This document shows, in pieces, positions 1 to 6,441 of a DNA stretch of 8,003 bases (positions are counted from its first letter, which is position 1; each line of letters opens with the position of its first letter). The DNA is taken from the NCBI GenBank assembly GCA_041677685.1, contig JBAYPN010000028.1, forward strand, positions 1 through 8,003. The letters run 5' to 3'. Below the pieces are notes generated by a model. The model did not search any database. It saw nothing but the letters and a program-made list of their open reading frames with translations, and was not told the origin of the DNA. The DNA comes from an archaeon (lineage in GTDB: Archaea; Iainarchaeota; Iainarchaeia; Iainarchaeales; CSSED10-239). A program made the position numbers and the translations under genes.

Positions 1-710
1 AAAAAGCAAAAGAAAATGCCGAAACAAATTTAAAAAATTCAAAAGAAATATTTGAAAGTTATTTGAATGATGTCTTTGAAAAAATTAGAAAAAATAACTC
101 TATTGTTAAATTTGGTAGTGTTTGTAATTTTGTAAGAGGCCCTTTTGGGGGTAGTTTAAAAAAATCTTATTTTGTGCCTGTTGGTTTTGCTGTTTATGAG
201 CAACAACATGCAATTAAAAATCAATTTTCAAAAATAAGATATTTTATTACTGAAAATAAATTTGAAGAGATGAAAAGATTTGAATTAAAATCAGGAGATC
301 TAATTATGAGTTGTTCTGGAACAATGGGTAAAATTGCTATTGTTCCTAATAATATTAAGAAAGGAATTATTAATCAAGCTTTATTAAAATTAACTCCTAA
401 AAATATATTAAATATAAATTATTTAAAACATTGGATGGAAAGTAATGATTTTCAGAATGAATTAATAAAGCTTTCTAAAGGTGCTGCAATTAAAAATGTA
501 GCATCAGTAAAAATTTTAAAAGAAATTAAATTGCCACTTCCTGAACTAAAAAAGCAAGAAGAAATTATTACTATAATTAATAATTTATACATTAAAACTA
601 AAAAATTAGAAGAAATATATAATAAAAAATTAAAATCTTTAGAAGAATTAAAAAACTCTATTTTAGAAAAGGCTTTTAAAGGAGAATTAACAAAAGATAT
701 TTATGAATGA
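1..710 (+). CDS. hsdS: Type I restriction-modification specificity subunit HsdS, 3' portion (5' end lies upstream of the window)
   Basis: The frame (codon phase from nt 3) is open from the window edge (KAKENAETNLKNSKEIFESYLNDVFEK...), so the TTG at 63 in the ORF track is probably internal. The translation shows an HsdS target-recognition-domain pattern (FGSVCNFVRGPFGG ... SGDLIMSCSGTMGK ... INQALLKL ... GAAIKNV). It is followed by the conserved C-terminal helix (LPLPELKKQEEI ... LEELKNSILEKAFKGEL). The TGA stop at 708-710 overlaps the hsdR start (ATGAATGA). Confidence 0.85.
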   Translation, partial: KAKENAETNLKNSKEIFESYLNDVFEKIRKNNSIVKFGSVCNFVRGPFGGSLKKSYFVPVGFAVYEQQHAIKNQFSKIRYFITENKFEEMKRFELKSGDLIMSCSGTMGKIAIVPNNIKKGIINQALLKLTPKNILNINYLKHWMESNDFQNELIKLSKGAAIKNVASVKILKEIKLPLPELKKQEEIITIINNLYIKTKKLEEIYNKKLKSLEELKNSILEKAFKGELTKDIYE

Positions 711-2994
711 AGCAGAAACAAGAGCCGAACTAATAGACCCTAAATTAAAAGATAGTGGTTGGGGTATTGTAGAAGGCACAAAGATACTTAGAGAACATAA
801 TATTACTAAAGGTAAATTACAAACAGGTATCGGTAGAGCAAAACCTTTAATAGCAGATTATATTTTAACATATAATGGAAAAAAATTAGCAGTTATTGAA
901 GCAAAATCTGTTGAAAAAGAAGTTGGAGAAGGTGTTGCTCAAGCAAAAGAATATGCTAATAAATTACATTTAGATTATACTTATTCAACTAACGGAAAAG
1001 AGATATACCAAATATGTATGAAAACAGGAGAAGAAAAACTAATTAAAAATTATCCCTCTCCTCAAGAATTATGGAATAATATTTTTGATATTAAAAATAA
1101 TTGGAAAAATAACTTTACAAAAGTTCCAAATGGTGGAAATTATCAACCTTACTTTTATCAAGAAATTGCAATTAATAAAACATTAGATGCAATTGCAGAA
1201 GATAAAAATAGAATATTATTAACTTTAGCAACAGGAACTGGAAAAACATTTATTGCTTTTCAAATAGCTTGGAAATTATTTTATAGTAGATGGAATTTAA
1301 AAAAAGATCAATCAAGAAGACCAAGAATACTATTTTTAGCAGATAGAAATGTATTAGCAGATCAAGCATTTAATTCTTTTTCTTCTTTTCCAGAAGATGC
1401 ACTTGTAAGAATTAGACCTGATGAAATCAAAAAGAAAGGATTTGTACCTACAAACGGAAGTATATTTTTTACAATATTTCAAACTTTTATGTGTGGTCCT
1501 AATGATTCTCCTTATTTTGGAGAATACCCAAAAGATTATTTTGATTTAGTTATTGTTGATGAATGTCATAGAGGTGGGGCAAATGATGAAAGTAATTGGA
1601 GAGCTATTTTAGAATATTTTTCTCCAGCAGTGCAAATAGGATTAACTGCAACACCAAAAAGAAAAGATAATATAGATACATATAGATATTTTGGAGAACC
1701 TGTATATATTTATTCTTTAAAAGAAGGAATAAATGATGGTTTTTTAACACCTTTTAAAGTAAGAAAGATAAATACAACTTTAGATGAATACACTTATACT
1801 TCAGATGATGAAATTATTGAAGGTGAAGTAGAAGAAGGTAAAATATATGTTGAAACTGATTTTAATAGAATAATAGAAATTAAAGAAAGAGAATCAATAA
1901 GAGTTGATATTTTATTATCTGAAATTGATCAAAAACAAAAAACAATTGTTTTTTGTGCAACACAAGATCATGCATTAGCTATAAGAGATTTAATTAATCA
2001 AAAGAAAGAAAGTAATAATCCAAATTATTGTGTTAGAGTTACAGCAAATGATGGTAAATTAGGCGATCAATATTTAGAAGACTTTAAAGATAATGAAAAA
2101 AATATACCTACTATCTTAACCACATCTCAGAAGTTGTCTACTGGGGTTGATGCTAGAAATATAAGAAATATTGTTTTAATGAGACCAATAAATTCAATTA
2201 TTGAATTTAAACAAATTGTTGGTAGAGGTACAAGATTATATGAAGGTAAGGAGTTTTTTACAATATATGATTTTGTAGATGCCTATAAACATTTTAATGA
2301 TCCTGAATGGGATGGAGAACCTTTAGAACCAGAAACAATAGATACTTCAGAAGGTTCTGTTTTAAAGAGTCCTAAGAAAAAAATTTGTTTAGAAATTGAT
2401 GATGACAAACCAAAAAAAATAAAATTAAAAATTAAACTAAAAGATGGAAAAGAAAGAGAAATTCAACATATGGCACAAACAAGCTATTATGATTCAAGTG
2501 GAAAACCTATCTCTATAGAAGAGTTTTTACAAAAAATATATGGAAAATTACCTTCTTTCTATAAAAATGAAGAAGAATTAAGAGAGATTTGGTCAAATCC
2601 AATTACTAGAAAATCATTTTTAGAAAAATTATCTAATGCTGGATATGATTTAAATAAATTAAAAGTTTTACAAGAGTTAATTAATGCAAAAAATAGTGAT
2701 TTATTAGATGTTTTAGAATATTTTTCTTTTGCAATAACACCAATTACTAGAGAACAAAGGGTTGCTAAAGCACAATCAAGAATTTTTAGTTCATTAGATT
2801 TTAATCAAAGAGAATTTTTAGATTTCGTATTATCTAAATATATAGAAGTTGGAATTGAAGAGTTAGATCAAGATAAACTACCTGATTTATTAAAGATTAA
2901 GTATTATGCTATAAAAGATGCTGTTAATTCTTTAGGTGGAGTAAATAAAATTAAAGATACGTTTATTAATTTTCAAAAGCATTTATATTTGTGA
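703..2994 (+). CDS. hsdR: Type I restriction enzyme R subunit HsdR (EcoAI/EcoEI-like architecture: N-terminal PD-(D/E)xK nuclease, SF2 helicase/translocase, EcoEI_R_C-like tail)
   Basis: The N-terminus is AETRAELIDPKLKDSGWG with nuclease residues D52 (ADY, nt 856-858) and E66-A-K68 (VIEAK, nt 898-906). Helicase motifs are present: I ATGTGKT (nt 1231-1248), II VIVDECHRG (DECH nt 1558-1569), III GLTATPKR (nt 1645-1656), STGVDARNIRNIVLMRP, and VI QIVGRGTR (nt 2212-2235). The C-terminal segment (REIWSNPITRKSFLEKL ... LDVLEYFSFAITPITREQRV ... REFLDFVLSKYIEVGIEELD) matches my memory of the EcoEI R-protein C-terminal domain. At 763 aa, it overlaps hsdS by 8 nt. Confidence 0.93.
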   Translation: MNEAETRAELIDPKLKDSGWGIVEGTKILREHNITKGKLQTGIGRAKPLIADYILTYNGKKLAVIEAKSVEKEVGEGVAQAKEYANKLHLDYTYSTNGKEIYQICMKTGEEKLIKNYPSPQELWNNIFDIKNNWKNNFTKVPNGGNYQPYFYQEIAINKTLDAIAEDKNRILLTLATGTGKTFIAFQIAWKLFYSRWNLKKDQSRRPRILFLADRNVLADQAFNSFSSFPEDALVRIRPDEIKKKGFVPTNGSIFFTIFQTFMCGPNDSPYFGEYPKDYFDLVIVDECHRGGANDESNWRAILEYFSPAVQIGLTATPKRKDNIDTYRYFGEPVYIYSLKEGINDGFLTPFKVRKINTTLDEYTYTSDDEIIEGEVEEGKIYVETDFNRIIEIKERESIRVDILLSEIDQKQKTIVFCATQDHALAIRDLINQKKESNNPNYCVRVTANDGKLGDQYLEDFKDNEKNIPTILTTSQKLSTGVDARNIRNIVLMRPINSIIEFKQIVGRGTRLYEGKEFFTIYDFVDAYKHFNDPEWDGEPLEPETIDTSEGSVLKSPKKKICLEIDDDKPKKIKLKIKLKDGKEREIQHMAQTSYYDSSGKPISIEEFLQKIYGKLPSFYKNEEELREIWSNPITRKSFLEKLSNAGYDLNKLKVLQELINAKNSDLLDVLEYFSFAITPITREQRVAKAQSRIFSSLDFNQREFLDFVLSKYIEVGIEELDQDKLPDLLKIKYYAIKDAVNSLGGVNKIKDTFINFQKHLYL

Positions 2995-3033
2995 TTTTTT
3001 AAAAAATTATTATTAGGATGTTAAAGAATATAT

Positions 3034-4242
3034 ATGACTGATAATATATATAAAATTAATCCGAATAGGTTAAATTATTTAATTAAGCAATATAATTTAA
3101 CTGAAAACGATTTGTTAGATAAGTTAAACATCACTTCTAGTGGTAAGTATAGAAAGAGAAACATTATTACTAAAGATATTTTTACAAAAATACTAGAAGG
3201 TACAATTAATGTTAGTTTAGATTATCTTAAAAGATTTGATTCTATTTTTGAAAAAGGATTAACATGGTATATTACTACTAGAAATATCCCTTTTAATAAA
3301 AATAACAGTATTTTTTTTAGAAAAGATAAATTTAATGCAGAAATGGATTTAGAAACTAAAAAGAAAATTGATTTTTTTGAACAAAAAAAGTTTGAAATAT
3401 CTTATCTAAGTAATCTTGTAGATTATAATTTAGAAAGGAAGATTGAAAGATATAATTTAAAAGATAACCCTTATGTAATTTCTAAAAAAATACATTCTAA
3501 TTTTGAAAAATTAAACTTAAAGGTTAATAAAAATCAAGATAAAGATAGATATTTTCTAGAATGGTTAATTAGAGTTATAGAAAGTCATAATGTTTTTGTT
3601 TTTGAATTTATTGAAAATCATAATGTTAAAAATCCTGTTAATTTTAGTGGTTTCTTTTTAAAACCAAATTTTATTGTTTTAAAAAGGCAAAAACAGTTAA
3701 GAAGAGAGATTTTTACACTATTACATGAGTTTGCACATTATTTATTAGATTGTGAAGATATAGATAATGATTTAGATCATTCTAAACCTAATACTGATGT
3801 TGAAAATTGGTGTAATAATTTTGCATATTGTTTTTTAGAAAAAGATTCTTTTTCAGAATTTGAAAGAGTTAATTTTGTTAAAAATAATTCTAATTTGAAA
3901 AATTTTGTAAATAATTTACATAATAAAACTTATTTAAGTTATAAAGCAATATATACAAGATTAAAAATAGAAAATAAAATTACAGATAAAGATTACGAGC
4001 ATGCTTTAGATGAAATTCAAAAAAGTATGGATACCAAAAAAGAAAAAGCCAAAAGGGATAGAGAATTATTAAAAGAACAAGGTAAAATTGTTGGTTTTGG
4101 AAAACCTAAAGCAATTAGATCTAATTTATTTGCTAGTATATTAAAAGAAAACTATTTTAGTGGAAATGTAGATGAAAATAGAATTTGTTCTAGTTTAAAT
4201 TTAAAAGGAAGGGATCAATTTGACAAATTTATCTACTCCTAA
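3034..4242 (+). CDS. ImmA/IrrE-family (COG2856, Peptidase_M78-like) Zn-metallopeptidase with HTH-like N-terminal region
   Basis: HEFAH sits at nt 3724-3738 (H231-E232-x-x-H235). About 25 residues later comes DVENWCNNFAYCFLEK, completing the HExxH...E..(A/C)NxFA..FL signature of ImmA/IrrE peptidases. The N-terminus (NRLNYLIKQYNLTENDLLDKLNI) looks like an Xre-type helix-turn-helix. A possible weak SD (AGGA) lies about 15 nt upstream of the ATG. The 3' end overlaps the next gene by 23 nt. Confidence 0.8.
   Translation: MTDNIYKINPNRLNYLIKQYNLTENDLLDKLNITSSGKYRKRNIITKDIFTKILEGTINVSLDYLKRFDSIFEKGLTWYITTRNIPFNKNNSIFFRKDKFNAEMDLETKKKIDFFEQKKFEISYLSNLVDYNLERKIERYNLKDNPYVISKKIHSNFEKLNLKVNKNQDKDRYFLEWLIRVIESHNVFVFEFIENHNVKNPVNFSGFFLKPNFIVLKRQKQLRREIFTLLHEFAHYLLDCEDIDNDLDHSKPNTDVENWCNNFAYCFLEKDSFSEFERVNFVKNNSNLKNFVNNLHNKTYLSYKAIYTRLKIENKITDKDYEHALDEIQKSMDTKKEKAKRDRELLKEQGKIVGFGKPKAIRSNLFASILKENYFSGNVDENRICSSLNLKGRDQFDKFIYS
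4207..4213 (+). promoter_or_regulatory. Shine-Dalgarno-like site for the DUF4411 gene, embedded in the peptidase coding region
   Basis: GGAAGGG lies 6 nt upstream of TTG 4220. It is one of the few G-rich strings in this AT-rich stretch. Confidence 0.5.
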
Positions 4243-4798
4243 AGTTATTATTGATACTAATAGTATTTCTAACTTTTTTAAATATTATTATTTCTGTGAA
4301 AATAAATATAAAAAAGAAGAATCTAAATTATTTGTAGATTTATGTAATTTTTTTGTTAATGAAATAAATAATGATAATATCATTGTAATTGATAAAGTTC
4401 ATGATGAGATAAAAAATAATTGGGGGTATAAAGATTTCATATACCCTAAAATTAAAAATAAAATATTTAAAACAGAATATCTGTTTCTTTCAGAAATTAC
4501 AGAATTAAGTAAAAATGTTATTGAGAAAAATAAAAAAAAACATTCCCCTGAAGTAATAGAAGCAGAAATTAACAAATTTGAAAATAAATATGCAGATTTA
4601 TATTTAATTGCTTATTCTATGAAAAATAAAGGCACTATATTAATTACTGATGAAACTAGTAATGAAAACCATAATAATAAGTTATTTCCTAAAATACCTA
4701 ATTTGTGTAAAGAATATAATGTTAAATGGGGTAATATTAGTTACTTATTGTTTAATATTTATGGTTCAAGATTAAAGTTTTCATTAAAAATAGATTAA
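4220..4798 (+). CDS. DUF4411-family protein (PIN-like fold, putative nuclease/toxin component)
   Basis: The N-terminal strand KVIIDTNSISNFF, the IIVIDKVHDEI segment and the C-terminal ADLYLIAYSMKNKGTILITDETS ... KIPNLCKEYNVKW match the DUF4411 pattern as I remember it (xxLDxNVFI ... ID.V.DEL ... ADPxLIAxA...VVTxE...KIPDVC). It starts at TTG 4220, preceded by GGAAGGG (4207-4213) with a 6-nt spacer, and lies inside the 3' end of the peptidase gene. Confidence 0.8.
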   Translation: MTNLSTPKVIIDTNSISNFFKYYYFCENKYKKEESKLFVDLCNFFVNEINNDNIIVIDKVHDEIKNNWGYKDFIYPKIKNKIFKTEYLFLSEITELSKNVIEKNKKKHSPEVIEAEINKFENKYADLYLIAYSMKNKGTILITDETSNENHNNKLFPKIPNLCKEYNVKWGNISYLLFNIYGSRLKFSLKID

Positions 4799-4814
4799 AT
4801 CAAATTAAAATACA

Positions 4815-4846
4815 CTTTTTATCTAGTCTTTTTATGTACTTTTTAT
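4815..4846 (+). repeat. Three direct copies of CTTTTTAT in the intergenic region upstream of the small RHH-like ORF
   Basis: CTTTTTAT occurs at 4815-4822, 4828-4835 and 4839-4846, spaced 13 and 11 nt apart (roughly one helical turn). No GC-rich hairpin accompanies the T-runs. Confidence 0.3.
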
Positions 4847-4894
4847 TTTAATTAAATATTAACTGTTTTAAATCTAATAACCTATAAATTATAT

Positions 4895-5110
4895 ATGGCT
4901 AGACCTAAGAAACTTGAGAAAAACAAGAAGATTTTTGTTCCAATTACCCTGGATAAAAATATATATTTTTACTTAAAAAAGAGAGATGTTAAGATATCTA
5001 CATACATTAACAAAATGCTCAAAGTCGCTTTAAACAAAGGATCTAGAGAGAATGACGATTTTTATGACCCTAACCTTTTAACCTTGGTAAGTTTAAGTAT
5101 ATTAAATTGA
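4895..5110 (+). CDS. Small hypothetical protein, possibly ribbon-helix-helix (CopG/Arc-like) DNA-binding
   Basis: This 71-aa ORF has a basic N-terminus (MARPKKLEKNKK). A beta-strand-like segment (IFVPITLDKNIYFYL) and then a helix-like one (ISTYINKMLKVAL) give the usual RHH layout. There is no SD. TATAAA lies 6 nt upstream of the ATG, so the mRNA may be leaderless. The C-terminal third is low-information and coding status is uncertain. Confidence 0.35.
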   Translation: MARPKKLEKNKKIFVPITLDKNIYFYLKKRDVKISTYINKMLKVALNKGSRENDDFYDPNLLTLVSLSILN

Positions 5111-5135
5111 TTTATAAATATATATCTAATATAAA
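5107..5135 (+). promoter_or_regulatory. Candidate sigma70-type promoter for the 5154-onward operon
   Basis: TTGATT (5107-5112), a 17-nt spacer, then TATAAA (5130-5135). The predicted start site would fall at or within the SD, and such hexamers arise easily by chance at this AT content. Confidence 0.2.
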
Positions 5136-5141
5136 TATATA
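5114..5141 (+). repeat. 11-nt direct repeat ATAAATATATA x2 upstream of the methyltransferase gene
   Basis: Exact copies lie at 5114-5124 and 5131-5141 (17-nt period), overlapping the candidate -10 element and abutting the SD. Confidence 0.3.
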
Positions 5142-5145
5142 GAGG
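5141..5145 (+). promoter_or_regulatory. Shine-Dalgarno-like site for the methyltransferase gene
   Basis: AGAGG lies 8 nt upstream of GTG 5154. Confidence 0.5.
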
Positions 5146-5153
5146 TTATGTAA

Positions 5154-5864
5154 GTGAATAAATTATATAAATATTATCATCAAAGTTATGATGAATTATT
5201 TAATTATAAAAATTATAATTTTGAATCTGATCTGATTTTAAAAAATATATCTGTTAATAAAAACAATTCGATTTTATCTTTAGGTTGTGGTACAGATAAA
5301 CATGGTTTTTCATTAAGAAAAAAAATAAATTATAATAAATATATAGGAATTGACATTAATAAAGAAATGTTTTCTAATATAAATAGAGATAAAAAAACAA
5401 ACTATTATTGCTATAATATTATTAATTTTCCGAAAAATTTTGTTTTAAAAAATAAAAATACTTTTGATGTTATTTTTGCATATGGAGGGGTTTTTAATTA
5501 CATCTCTTTAAAAGATCTTAAAAAGGTTTTAAACATTTGTAAGTTATTATTGACTAAAAATGGAATATTAGTTTTTGACATTCCATATAATTTTGAAAAT
5601 TATTCTAATAATTATATAGATATTCAAAATTCAAATAATGTAATTAAATTATCTTTATCTAGTAAACAAAATAATATTGGTTTCTATCAAACTATTTTTT
5701 TTGAAAAAACAAAAACAAATAAAATTATAAAAATAGATTATGATTCTGAAGAAATACATTTACATAAGCAAAAAGAATTAGATAATTTAGGATTTAAATT
5801 TAAAAAATATGATTCAAAAGGATTAACTAAGAAACCTTTTGTTTATTATATATATAAAAAGTGA
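5154..5864 (+). CDS. Class I SAM-dependent methyltransferase (substrate unknown)
   Basis: Motif I is ILSLGCGTDKHG (G44 at nt 5283). It is followed by IGIDINKEMF (acidic loop, motif II) and FDVIFAYGGVFNYISLKDLKKVLNICKLLLTKNGILVFDI (motifs III-V of the Rossmann MTase fold). The start is GTG 5154, the first codon after an in-frame TAA, with SD AGAGG (5141-5145) 8 nt upstream. Confidence 0.8.
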   Translation: MNKLYKYYHQSYDELFNYKNYNFESDLILKNISVNKNNSILSLGCGTDKHGFSLRKKINYNKYIGIDINKEMFSNINRDKKTNYYCYNIINFPKNFVLKNKNTFDVIFAYGGVFNYISLKDLKKVLNICKLLLTKNGILVFDIPYNFENYSNNYIDIQNSNNVIKLSLSSKQNNIGFYQTIFFEKTKTNKIIKIDYDSEEIHLHKQKELDNLGFKFKKYDSKGLTKKPFVYYIYKK

Positions 5865-6439
5865 TTAGTATGATTTTTTTATTTGATAATATTACTGATA
5901 AAATTGATTTTGCATCTATATTAATTAGTGTTTTTGAATCCCCGAAAGATCATAAATTTATTTTTTGTGGTAAAGAAAAAGAATTTTATCAGAGTTTAAT
6001 AAAAACTCAAAAAGTAAAATCTTATCTATTTACATATTATCCAAATTTAAGCGTAGACTTTGAGAAAATAATTAATAAAAAAATATTTTTTAGACCAGAT
6101 TATGAAAAAACAATTAATTTTCTTAAAAAGAAAAATTATAATTTATATGGTACAACTCCAAGTAAACAATCTAACAGTGTTTTTGAATTAAAGTTAAAAG
6201 AAAAGAGTGTGTTTGTTTTTGGTTCTGAAAATGGATTGTCTAAGAAAAAATTAGAATTATTGACTATGTTAATACATTATCCATTAAATAAAGCTAGTTT
6301 TTTAAAAATTAGAAATATATTTCCAATTGTTCATGGAATAATTTCTGAAAAAAATTTTGCATTAAAAAAAAATAAAATGGTTGACAGATCAATAAAACCC
6401 AAACCAAAAAATACTGTTAAAAGATTTAAAAGACGATAA
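5861..6439 (+). CDS. Divergent SPOUT (SpoU/TrmH-like) methyltransferase-fold protein with basic C-terminal tail
   Basis: IFLFDNITDKIDFASILISVFES aligns by eye with SpoU motif 1 (vLenv.DP.NlGaIlRtA.afG). VFVFGSENGLSKKKLELL (nt 6212-6265) matches motif 2 (lvfG.E..Gls). LIHYPLNKASFLKIRNIFPIVHGIISE matches motif 3 (i.IPm.g...SLNvs.Aa.i..yE). The start is either GTG 5861 (a GTGA overlap with the upstream stop) or ATG 5870. The tail is KKNKMVDRSIKPKPKNTVKRFKRR. Confidence 0.62.
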   Translation: MISMIFLFDNITDKIDFASILISVFESPKDHKFIFCGKEKEFYQSLIKTQKVKSYLFTYYPNLSVDFEKIINKKIFFRPDYEKTINFLKKKNYNLYGTTPSKQSNSVFELKLKEKSVFVFGSENGLSKKKLELLTMLIHYPLNKASFLKIRNIFPIVHGIISEKNFALKKNKMVDRSIKPKPKNTVKRFKRR

Positions 6440-6441
6440 TA

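Noticed and set aside
63-65. TTG at 63 as the true start of hsdS (a half-size, single-TRD specificity subunit)
   Set aside because: The same frame is open back to the window edge. It encodes helix-like sequence typical of the HsdS central conserved region, and no SD precedes the TTG. Treated as internal.
2412-2419. A8 tract in hsdR (also A9 tracts at 4532-4540 in the DUF4411 gene, 6364-6372 and 6674-6682) as phase-variation switches
   Set aside because: Runs of 8-9 A are expected frequently in Lys/Asn-rich genes at this AT content, and these genes are all intact. Without population data there is no evidence of contingency behaviour. Only the tract at 6982-6989 coincides with an actual frame break.
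2395-2455. Lys-rich, quasi-periodic AAAxTAAA low-complexity stretch inside hsdR (KKPKKIKLKIKLKDGK) as a possible repeat or insertion
   Set aside because: It lies in the linker between the helicase core and the EcoEI_R_C-like tail, where such proteins are variable. It stays in frame and looks like compositional bias, not a discrete repeat element.
703-2994. Higher GC in hsdR than downstream as evidence of recent horizontal transfer (my spot counts: single lines up to about 37-40 % in hsdR versus about 13-23 % downstream)
   Set aside because: I counted only a handful of 60-nt lines by hand. Strongly conserved helicase motifs force G/C-containing codons. The adjacent peptidase/DUF4411 genes are as AT-rich as the rest. 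A proper windowed GC and codon-usage analysis against the whole genome is needed.
2995-3033. T6A6 palindrome (ATTTTTTAAAAAAT) after hsdR as a terminator
   Set aside because: It is a pure A/T palindrome with no stable stem and no G/C clamp. It is indistinguishable from background in this composition, so it was not called as a terminator.
4799-5153. Possible tRNA, attachment site or integrase remnant at the island boundary
   Set aside because: I could not fold any cloverleaf or find a GTTCRANNC T-loop flanked by complementary stems. No integrase or transposase ORF exists on either strand in the window. The only repeats are short A/T-rich words and the TAACCTT duplication at 5071-5086.
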